Below, piece after piece: positions 56,381 to 64,000 of a DNA stretch of 64,000 nt; position 1 is the first letter of the stretch; each line of letters begins with the position of its first letter. The DNA is from Clostridiales bacterium (GTDB lineage Bacteria > Bacillota > Clostridia > Saccharofermentanales > Saccharofermentanaceae): contig JAFZPJ010000053.1 in NCBI GenBank assembly GCA_017550385.1, positions 32,683-96,682 of the forward strand, given 5' to 3'. Below the pieces are notes generated by a model. The model ran no database searches. It was given only the letters and a program-made list of their open reading frames with translations, and was not told the DNA's origin. The position numbers were made by a program, and so were the translations under genes.

Positions 56381-57544
56381 TTAAGTGACCTTGCCGTCGA
56401 ACAATCCGGAACGTTTCTCGAGAACGATGTTCTTGATCACATAGATCACAGACGCACATAAGATCGTGCCGACCACCACTGCCGGCAGATATACCAATAT
56501 ACCGAACTCGATATAGAGGAAGTAGAGCTTATCGATCAGCAGATAATTGAGCATGATCATCTCGAGCGATATCTTACCGAAGAACTTGATAACGGGATTG
56601 CCTATCCTGACGCGCGACATGATCGTGACGACAAGTAACAGGAAGACAAGCTCGAACAAAGTCTCCTGACCTAAGCCGAAGAGCTTGTCGAGGAGCGGGT
56701 TCGGGGAGTCGAAATAATCCGTGTAATAGATGGATTCTTCTATCAGACATCTGTGGACATAATCCATGAGAACGAACAGTACGGAAGAAGCGATAAGGAT
56801 CGATGCGAAAGCTTTCTTTATCACTTTGTTGATGCGCTCTTCCTTGCAGGCATAGAGCATGCCGACAGGGAACATGAAGACCGTGTTGTACCACCACTCG
56901 CCCTTGAACCAGTAAGACATTACGCCCGTGTTGGCGTGTCCGGAGAACAATCCGATAGTTATCATCACAAGGACCACAAGTGTCATGATGACTATGCCGG
57001 CGGCAGGCTTTCTTATCTTCGCGAAAACCAGTCTGAAGGTCACATACAGTATCATGATCTCGACTGCGAACCACATCTCGTTGTTGACCAGGAAGATACC
57101 GAAGAAACTGCAGATGACTTCTCCGAATCCGAAGTGCTTGCGGAAAGCGATGTTGCTTAGCAGAGCGTCGGTCAGGTAGATATAGTTGCAGATGAAGAAC
57201 GGAACAAGGACGGTGAAGATCCTTCTTCTCATGAATCCCTTGATGTAGTTCTCGTCGGTCTTCCAGCGCTTCATTAGTCCGAATCCCGAACTGAAGAAGA
57301 AGAAAGCGACAGCCAGGATGCCGTAATAGTAGAAGAACTCCATATCGCCGCAGTTCTCATAGACTGCATCGAGCGCGACTACGGTCTGGTGGAAGATGAT
57401 GAACAAAGCTATGGCGCCCTGGATCTCCTTGACCGATATGCGGTCAAAGAAAGCCATGTCGTCTGCAGGTCTTCTTCGTGCGCCCGTGATCAGGACCGCA
57501 CCCAGAAGAGCTATACAAACATAAAAGGCAACCGTAAACTGCAC
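56381..57544 (-). CDS. Acyltransferase family 3 membrane protein
   Basis: IQGAIALFIIFHQ, GILAVAFFFFSSGFGL, MWFAVEI, GKISLEM; GAAGGAG RBS before GTG. Confidence 0.85.
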   Translation of the reverse strand: MQFTVAFYVCIALLGAVLITGARRRPADDMAFFDRISVKEIQGAIALFIIFHQTVVALDAVYENCGDMEFFYYYGILAVAFFFFSSGFGLMKRWKTDENYIKGFMRRRIFTVLVPFFICNYIYLTDALLSNIAFRKHFGFGEVICSFFGIFLVNNEMWFAVEIMILYVTFRLVFAKIRKPAAGIVIMTLVVLVMITIGLFSGHANTGVMSYWFKGEWWYNTVFMFPVGMLYACKEERINKVIKKAFASILIASSVLFVLMDYVHRCLIEESIYYTDYFDSPNPLLDKLFGLGQETLFELVFLLLVVTIMSRVRIGNPVIKFFGKISLEMIMLNYLLIDKLYFLYIEFGILVYLPAVVVGTILCASVIYVIKNIVLEKRSGLFDGKVT

Positions 57545-57560
57545 TTTGTCTTCTCCTTCC

Positions 57561-57950
57561 TTACCTTAATAAGCTGATGACGTTCAGCGTTAACGATATG
57601 CAGAGCAGAACAAATACTATGAGGATAATGATTATGAATCTGCTTCTTTCCTTCTTGTGTCTTATCTCTTCATCGCTCAGTTCGACGGAAGCGTTGATGA
57701 GGTCCTGAGCCTCCTCACGGCTCATGGGCTCATCTCCGTCCTGACGCTTGCCTGCCAAGAGTTCCATTATGGAGACGTCCAGCAGTTCTGACAGAGGTTC
57801 AAGCATTGAGATATCGGGAAAACTGAGGCCTCGCTCCCATTTGGACACCGCCTTGTCCGTAACGTTCAAGGCGTCGGCAAGCTGCTTCTGGGTCATTCCC
57901 TTCTCTTTACGCAACTCGGTTATAAGCTGTCCTGTCTTCTCTTTGTCCAT
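57561..57950 (-). CDS. XRE-family HTH regulator with C-terminal TM
   Basis: MTQKQLADALNVTDKAVSKWERGLSFPDI; hydrophobic C-terminus. Confidence 0.9.
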   Translation of the reverse strand: MDKEKTGQLITELRKEKGMTQKQLADALNVTDKAVSKWERGLSFPDISMLEPLSELLDVSIMELLAGKRQDGDEPMSREEAQDLINASVELSDEEIRHKKERSRFIIIILIVFVLLCISLTLNVISLLR

Positions 57951-58025
57951 TAAGACTCTATTACCTCAGTAAAGTAATAATAACCGAGTTAACTGCCAAA
58001 TACAAAAACCTCCTGACTTGAGTTC

Positions 58026-58050
58026 GGGGCTGTAAACGGTTTACAGCCCC
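58026..58050. repeat. Perfect palindrome (12-bp arms, 1-nt centre)
   Basis: GGGGCTGTAAAC-G-GTTTACAGCCCC between the acyltransferase fusion and the XRE gene. Confidence 0.75.
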
Positions 58051-58089
58051 ATCTCTCAATTCCTATTGTCACCACAAATGCGGCGGACT

Positions 58090-61068
58090 TTATTCCCTGG
58101 TGCTAATGACAGCATTCTTGATGTTTTTGTACAGGTAAGCGCCCGCTGCCGTTACCGCGAAGATAAAGACAGCACCATACCTGCCGAAGAAGTTCTCGTT
58201 ACCCGTCGCCAGGAACAGCATCAGCGTAAACATGTGCATGATGTAGACCGTAAGCGAGCACTCGTGACCGAGCTTCTCTGCGAACGTGCCCTTGCCGAAG
58301 TCGGGATACTTAAGGCACAGCAGGACGATCACGTACAGCAGTATCTCGCAGCTTGCGAAAGGCACCGCGATACCCTGCTTGTATCCGTTAAGCTCGAAGA
58401 TCGCCGTGGTGCAGCAGATAACGAACAGTATCCAGAGGACGGGAGCGGAGAACTTGTGGTCCAAGATCTTCTTTTCGAACCTTCTGATGAGCATGCCCAT
58501 CATTGTGTAGCCGAGGCCTACGAAGAGTGCGTTCCTGAGCTGGTACGGTTCGCCAACTCCCATGTGCATCAGTATGCAGTATGCTGCAACGAGGGCAGGC
58601 GCAGCGAACATCACGTACTTAAGGATCTTAAGCTTATTCAGGATCAGCATGATGACGATCGCGTAGAGCAGCGAGCCGAGGAACCAGAGGTGCTCTGAGA
58701 ACGGCGAGAGGTTATACAGCAGGAAGTCTGACATGGACTTGGCCGTGAAGTATTGGCGCATGCCGTTCAGATCTCCGTTCGTGATCCATTCATCGACTGC
58801 GTAGGCAACGCCGTAGAAAACGTTCGCTGCCAGATAGAATATCAACATCCTCTTGCCCTGCTTAAGAAGGCGCTTCGTCATCTCTTTGCCGTCTTCCCTG
58901 AAGAGGAAGTATCCTGCGATAACGAGGAAGAAAGGAGCTGCGGTCTTGCCGTATGTGATGAAGACTTCGCCTGCCTTTCCGTCGAACGGCCAGTGGATGG
59001 TGACGACGGAGAAAGCCATAACGATCCTCATGACATCGATCGAGTGGATCTGCTTGCGGCCGGACTTTAACCCGGGCTCTTCAGTGACATCTGCCTTTGC
59101 CTTCTTGCCGTTTATGAGCGAGATCACATACTTGTCGAATCCGCTGAGGACTGCAGCGAGTGCGGCGGCGAGAAGGACGGTGAGAACGATATACATGCTG
59201 TTACTCGTGATCTTCATCATCGTGCCGTTACGAAGGCCTGTAAGGAACAGGTTGTGGATGAGATAGAGCTCGAGCGAGATCGTGCCGAGGAACTTCAAGA
59301 CGGGATTGCCGAACCTTACCTTCATCATCACGAGGAGAAGGAAGCAAACGAAAACGATTATCCAGGGAAGCTGGATCGCCAGGCAGTGGAACTTGTCTCC
59401 ATACGCGGGATCAACACCGGGCTGCTCGCTCCAGTAAGAGAACTTCGTAAGAGCGTATTTGGTCTGAAGTCCGAGGAGCACCGTGAGAGCTGCGAAGACG
59501 GGAAGAAGTATCCAATATCCTTTGCGCGCGATATTGCGGATACCTTCTGCGTGCTTGGAGAAGATGATACCGAGGATAAAGAGGAACGTAGAGTTATACC
59601 ACCACTCGCCCTGGAACCAATAGCTGCAGGAGAAGTCGTCGCCGTGTCCGAGCAGGAGGCTTCCGACTATCATCGCGATCACGAAAACAGTCATTACGAC
59701 AGTCGCTGCCGTGCGGTTCTTTATCAGGCGGTATACGAGGAAGAATACAAGGTAGAGTATTACGATCTCTACGATGTACCACATGTGTCCGTTGATGAGA
59801 GACCAGCCTGACAGGACATACAGAAGCTCTATCGGATGGAATTTCTTACCGCAGATGCATGCTGCGACTACGAATGTCAGTATGCAGGTATAGAACGGGA
59901 TGAGTACGGTGACAAGGCGCTTTCTGAGGAATCCCTTAAGGTAGTTCTCTTTTGTCTTGAGACTGGTATACAGACCATAGCCCGAGAAGAAAAAGAATAT
60001 ACCGACGAAGAGGACGCCGAGTTCCGAGAAGAATTCAAGGGCGCCGGCATCTTCCACCAATTCCTGCGCGAGATGATGGATGATGATAGCCACTGCGGCA
60101 AAGCCCTGGACTGCCTTGGATGTATCCAGGCCCAGAGGCTCTTCCTGCCACTCGCGCCTCTTGGATACCTTAGCGCCGAGCAGGAACAGCAGGCCGAGAG
60201 CGATGAGGATAATGTATGTCGGGAACTCAAATGAGGAGAATGCCTTATAGAAAGCAGGAATCGGGTCAGCTTTTGTTTTGGAAGTTTCCGAAGCGGCAGC
60301 AGCGACAGCAGTAGCAGGAGCGGGCTCGCCGCTTTCGACTGAGGCTGCAGCGCTGTAATCTCCCGAGGACATCTTGAAGGCGTCGGTGCCGGGATCCACT
60401 ACTTTGGCAGAGAGGTCGTCTGATAGTGTTAGGGAATTGATGACACTGCATGCAAGTTCGTCCAAATGCGCACAGTCCGGGTTATCGTCAGACAGAGGTT
60501 CCGATCCGCCGGCGATCATTAATATATGGATCTGATACATACTGCCGTCTTCGGTTATCAGGGAGTACTGGTAGAACCTCAGGGTCATCTCTCCGGACAC
60601 CTGGGAGAAGATCTTATATAGAGGGATACCGTTGATCTCTGTTGTTCCGTATCCGAACTGCTGCGTCTCACTGAAACACGGTTCGAACGGCATGCTTATC
60701 TTCTCGGCGTAATTGCTGTTAAGGACAGTGTCCGTCAGTTCTTCCGGCGCATCGGTCTCGAAGACCATGACAAAGAAACAATCGTTGCCTCTCGGTTCTG
60801 CGGATGATCCCTGAAGCATGAGTCCGGTCTCATCATAAGTAGATTCCACGTTCTCTTTGACGATGCCCAGATCGTCAAGAGACGGATCGTCTTCTGCCAT
60901 GCCCGTCCATATGACCGGGCCGATCTCGGAGGGTATCGCGATCGATAATCCGTTATCGAAAGTAAAACGCGGATCTCCTTCCGCTCCGTCTGCAAAGGCA
61001 GCGGAAGAAGTCACGGCCACGACCATGATAACGGTGAGGATAAGACTGATGATCTTATGTCTGTTCAT
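58090..61068 (-). CDS. Secreted N-terminal domain fused to two tandem acyltransferase-3 domains
   Basis: Signal peptide, ~250-aa extracellular part, AT3 #1 (QGFAAVAIIIHH, FFFFSGYGL), AT3 #2 (IDVMRIVMAFSVVTIH, APFFLVIAGYF, HLWFL); AGGAGG RBS. Confidence 0.83.
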   Translation of the reverse strand: MNRHKIISLILTVIMVVAVTSSAAFADGAEGDPRFTFDNGLSIAIPSEIGPVIWTGMAEDDPSLDDLGIVKENVESTYDETGLMLQGSSAEPRGNDCFFVMVFETDAPEELTDTVLNSNYAEKISMPFEPCFSETQQFGYGTTEINGIPLYKIFSQVSGEMTLRFYQYSLITEDGSMYQIHILMIAGGSEPLSDDNPDCAHLDELACSVINSLTLSDDLSAKVVDPGTDAFKMSSGDYSAAASVESGEPAPATAVAAAASETSKTKADPIPAFYKAFSSFEFPTYIILIALGLLFLLGAKVSKRREWQEEPLGLDTSKAVQGFAAVAIIIHHLAQELVEDAGALEFFSELGVLFVGIFFFFSGYGLYTSLKTKENYLKGFLRKRLVTVLIPFYTCILTFVVAACICGKKFHPIELLYVLSGWSLINGHMWYIVEIVILYLVFFLVYRLIKNRTAATVVMTVFVIAMIVGSLLLGHGDDFSCSYWFQGEWWYNSTFLFILGIIFSKHAEGIRNIARKGYWILLPVFAALTVLLGLQTKYALTKFSYWSEQPGVDPAYGDKFHCLAIQLPWIIVFVCFLLLVMMKVRFGNPVLKFLGTISLELYLIHNLFLTGLRNGTMMKITSNSMYIVLTVLLAAALAAVLSGFDKYVISLINGKKAKADVTEEPGLKSGRKQIHSIDVMRIVMAFSVVTIHWPFDGKAGEVFITYGKTAAPFFLVIAGYFLFREDGKEMTKRLLKQGKRMLIFYLAANVFYGVAYAVDEWITNGDLNGMRQYFTAKSMSDFLLYNLSPFSEHLWFLGSLLYAIVIMLILNKLKILKYVMFAAPALVAAYCILMHMGVGEPYQLRNALFVGLGYTMMGMLIRRFEKKILDHKFSAPVLWILFVICCTTAIFELNGYKQGIAVPFASCEILLYVIVLLCLKYPDFGKGTFAEKLGHECSLTVYIMHMFTLMLFLATGNENFFGRYGAVFIFAVTAAGAYLYKNIKNAVISTRE

Positions 61069-61127
61069 AGGGATCCTCCTCTGGCAGCTTTTCCAACCTA
61101 AACCTATCATCAAGGGTTCATACAGAC

Positions 61128-61142
61128 AACCGACTGTTGGTA
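61128..61142. promoter_or_regulatory. Imperfect palindrome, possible XRE operator
   Basis: Minus strand TACCAAC-A-GTCGGTT, 21 nt before a TGaTAGGTT -10-like element of the acyltransferase fusion gene. Confidence 0.4.
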
Positions 61143-61195
61143 GAGTTCAGTATTTGCAAGGCTTCCTGGCAAAAATCTACTTCAGGTTCACCAAC

Positions 61196-61223
61196 AAAAA
61201 AAGGGAGCTTTACGCTCCCTTTA
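61196..61223 (-). terminator. Intrinsic terminator
   Basis: Plus strand aaaaaaagggagc-tttac-gctcccttt. Confidence 0.8.
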
Positions 61224-61244
61224 GTGTTTGATCTACGCGACAGG

Positions 61245-63956
61245 TCATGCCTGATAGAAGCAATTTGATGTGCTGCCCGGTGCAGGATCTCCCGAAGGAA
61301 CGATGATGATCTCGATGCCTTCGAGCCTGTAAGAGTAGCCTGCGCTTCCGCATTCCTCGCCGTTCTTTGCCCAGCCTGTCCAGCCGAAATTCTGGACATG
61401 GACTCTGTAATATATATCGTACAGATAAGCATTCTCGCCTGTAAGCTGTATCATGATGGCTTCCAACCGCTTTGACTGTCCTTCGGTTCCGGAGAAGCCG
61501 CCGTTGCTCGTCCATGAAGTCTCCCAGCCGTAGTCCTGGATGTGAGTCTTGTACTCTACGCCTACGCCGTCGAGTCCGACCACACTGATATGGATACCCT
61601 CAAGTCTCTTGGACTGGCCCGTAGTGCCTGCCATCAGACCGTCATTAACTGCGGACTGCCAGCCAATGTCCTGAACGTGTACATCGTAACTGATGAAGTA
61701 CGGGCTCTCACCCTTGGGAACGATCTTGATCTGCATTCCCTCGAGTCTCTTGGACTGACCTTCGGTACCTGCCATCTCGCCGTTCTTGACCCAGTCCATC
61801 CAGCCGATGTCCTGAACGTGGACTCTGTAATATACATCATAGTCAGCCGCATCTGAGCCTGTAAGTTCGATCTTCATGCCCTCGAGACGCAGCGACTGGC
61901 CTGAAGTGCCGGCCATCTCTCCGTCATAGACCCAATCCTGCCAGCCGACGTTCTGGACGTGAGTCTTGTATTTGATGCCGATGTCGAGGTCGGACTGGAC
62001 CTTGATCATCATGCCCTCGAGTCGTAAGGACTGTCCTTCGGTGCCGGACATCTCACCGTCATAGACCCAATCCTGCCAGCCGACGTTCTGTACATGCGTG
62101 CAGTAGTAGACGGAGACGTCCGTTGCCGATGTATATGAAGGGAGCGGAGGTACGGTATTGGGAGCCGAAGATACGGATGCCGAGTTGCCCGAAGAGGCCG
62201 GCAGCGTGTAGGATGTTCCCTTGTTACCCGAGTAATAGGGGACGACTTTCGGAGAAGAGTTGGGCGTGCCGTTTGCGTTTACTTTCGCCGAATACGAAGC
62301 GGCTCCGTCGAGATTGAAGATCTTGTTGGCGCCTGCCTGAAGATCTGATGAGGTCATCCTTCCGTGAGGGTAGCACTTATTGTTCTTGGTGCTGAGCACT
62401 CCGAACTGGATCGCCCAGGTGAACGCGCCCCAGCCGTAATAATCGATGGCGTAGTAATCGTCGAACCAGTCGGTCCTGCCGTAATCGAAAGAGGTGCCGA
62501 GGCCCATATACAATGCAAGTCTGTGAGCCATCAGGGCGAAGTCTTCTCTGCTTATCAGTTCGTCGGGGCAGAAAGAATCCGAGCAGATGCTGGGATATCC
62601 GAAGCAGATGTTATAGGTCTCGCCCCAGATGATCGCAGCTTCATACGGAGAACCTGCCACGTCGCCGAATCTGGAAGAGCCGCTTACTATGGGACAGCCG
62701 GCCTTCTCCCAGAGGAGCTGGATCGCCTCGCCTCTCGTGGCAAACGTCTCGGAACCGGTATAACCGTCATCGGTGTTGATGTAGCACTCGGAGAGGACCT
62801 TCGGATTGCCGCCGGTAGTTATGACGGTCTTGCCGTTATCTACGCATACGCAGTGCGTCAGGTCTTCGAAATACTCTTCGCTGCCGCCGAACTCGATGGT
62901 ATAGGACGTAACGTTGCCAAGCTTGGGCTCAGCCTTTACCGCACCTTCGGTATATGCCTTGATGAGATAAGGGTTGTTGCTGATGTTAACGGAAGGAAGA
63001 GCAAGCATTCCGAAAGCATACAGATTATAGAGCTGGGGATTGCCTGACAGATCGAGCGAAGTCAGATTGTAGTCGCACTCGAGCCTGAGATCTGCGAGAC
63101 GCGGGTTGTTCTTAACGTTAATGTATGTGAGTTCTTCGTTATATCCGCAGATAAGGAGCTGGAGCTGGGGGTTATTGCTCATGTCGAGGCTCGTTACGCC
63201 GTTGTTCGCGCAGTTATAGTATTCGAGGCCCGTGAGATTGCTGATATCGACGTCTCCGAGATTCTCGTTATCCCAGATATCGAGTCTCTTAAGACAGGGG
63301 TTATTGGACAGGTTCAAAGACGTCAGCTTGTTCTTCTGAGCATCGAGCTCGCAGAGCATGGGATTGTTGGACAGATTAAGGGAAGTAAGTCCGCACTCGC
63401 TGCAGAACAGGTTCTCGAGCTTCGTGTTCTTGGTCAGGTTGAGATTCTTAAGATTGGGGTTGGCGTTGCACTCGACATATGCGAGTTCGGGGTTGCCCTT
63501 GAAGTTGATCGAAGTGAGCTTGCAGTTGTAGCAGTATACCCACTGGAGCTTTTTGAGGCCCGTAAAATCCAGAGACGTAAAGTCGTTGTAGGAACACCAG
63601 ATGCCGACGAGCTCGGTGTTGCCGGACAGATCCCAGCTGGAGATGTGGTTGTTAAGGCACCACAGACCCTGGATGTTCGGGAACTGTTCGACTCCCTTTA
63701 TGGAATAGATATTCATATTCTCGCAGTGGAGGTTGATCACGACATCCCTCTCTGCTTTGGACAGATAATTATCTCCGTTGGTGTCGTATGCCTTTACGGC
63801 TTTCTGGAACTGAGCATCCGGAAAGTATGCTGACGAATATACGTAGATACTATCCGAAGTATAGGCAGCAGCAGCTGCTGCAGGAACTGTGTGCACAAAC
63901 GGCAGGAACATGGCGGCAACAAGAACGGCCACCATTAATCTGGCAAGTCTCTTCAT
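61245..63956 (-). CDS. Secreted LRR + SLH-like + ChW-repeat surface protein
   Basis: Signal peptide, FPDAQFQ LRR cap, LxxLxCxxNxLTSLNLS repeats, ATRGEA/ISREDFA SLH-like motifs, about 6 ChW repeats. Confidence 0.88.
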   Translation of the reverse strand: MKRLARLMVAVLVAAMFLPFVHTVPAAAAAAYTSDSIYVYSSAYFPDAQFQKAVKAYDTNGDNYLSKAERDVVINLHCENMNIYSIKGVEQFPNIQGLWCLNNHISSWDLSGNTELVGIWCSYNDFTSLDFTGLKKLQWVYCYNCKLTSINFKGNPELAYVECNANPNLKNLNLTKNTKLENLFCSECGLTSLNLSNNPMLCELDAQKNKLTSLNLSNNPCLKRLDIWDNENLGDVDISNLTGLEYYNCANNGVTSLDMSNNPQLQLLICGYNEELTYINVKNNPRLADLRLECDYNLTSLDLSGNPQLYNLYAFGMLALPSVNISNNPYLIKAYTEGAVKAEPKLGNVTSYTIEFGGSEEYFEDLTHCVCVDNGKTVITTGGNPKVLSECYINTDDGYTGSETFATRGEAIQLLWEKAGCPIVSGSSRFGDVAGSPYEAAIIWGETYNICFGYPSICSDSFCPDELISREDFALMAHRLALYMGLGTSFDYGRTDWFDDYYAIDYYGWGAFTWAIQFGVLSTKNNKCYPHGRMTSSDLQAGANKIFNLDGAASYSAKVNANGTPNSSPKVVPYYSGNKGTSYTLPASSGNSASVSSAPNTVPPLPSYTSATDVSVYYCTHVQNVGWQDWVYDGEMSGTEGQSLRLEGMMIKVQSDLDIGIKYKTHVQNVGWQDWVYDGEMAGTSGQSLRLEGMKIELTGSDAADYDVYYRVHVQDIGWMDWVKNGEMAGTEGQSKRLEGMQIKIVPKGESPYFISYDVHVQDIGWQSAVNDGLMAGTTGQSKRLEGIHISVVGLDGVGVEYKTHIQDYGWETSWTSNGGFSGTEGQSKRLEAIMIQLTGENAYLYDIYYRVHVQNFGWTGWAKNGEECGSAGYSYRLEGIEIIIVPSGDPAPGSTSNCFYQA

Positions 63957-64000
63957 ATATCTCACACCCCTGTGAATATTATTAACTAGAAAATGCTATC

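Noticed and set aside
63961-64000. Window-terminal TATC as the start of a reverse-strand box for the LRR-ChW gene
   Set aside because: No -10 hexamer at the 21-bp spacing, and the sequence is truncated.

Overview
Moderately GC-rich Clostridia-type chromosomal window (lipoproteins, ChW-repeat surface proteins, Firmicutes gene orders; the taxonomy is my inference). No CRISPR array, rRNA, prophage or intact transposase was seen. It carries a split two-gene sensor kinase with a NarL/LuxR response regulator flanking a ChW surface protein, pncB, a XylFII/LytS/YesN-type sugar-sensing cluster with a chvE-gguA-gguB-gguB ABC importer, trxA, thrS, ldh, a ChW-GH25 muramidase, a MacB-like ABC fusion, ttdAB, an FMN riboswitch with ribU, glmU-pth-mfd, tRNA-Arg(CCG), an orphan ChvE paralog, an acyltransferase-3 cluster and an LRR-SLH-ChW protein. 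The best candidate for an undescribed system is at 1-6260. A 22-bp box (AAAATGGTACAAAYGGGTGATA) occurs three times, each exactly 21 bp before a -10 hexamer. One copy drives an ~80-nt non-coding RNA with an exposed anti-SD/anti-start-codon seed that is complementary to the response regulator's own ribosome-binding region. Other notable signals are a tRNA-Thr anticodon-mimic hairpin in the thrS leader, a leaderless uORF attenuator-like leader before a methyltransferase, a shared ECF-type promoter 35 kb apart, and a 64-65 bp tandem repeat family. All calls come from reading the sequence by eye; no database searches were run.
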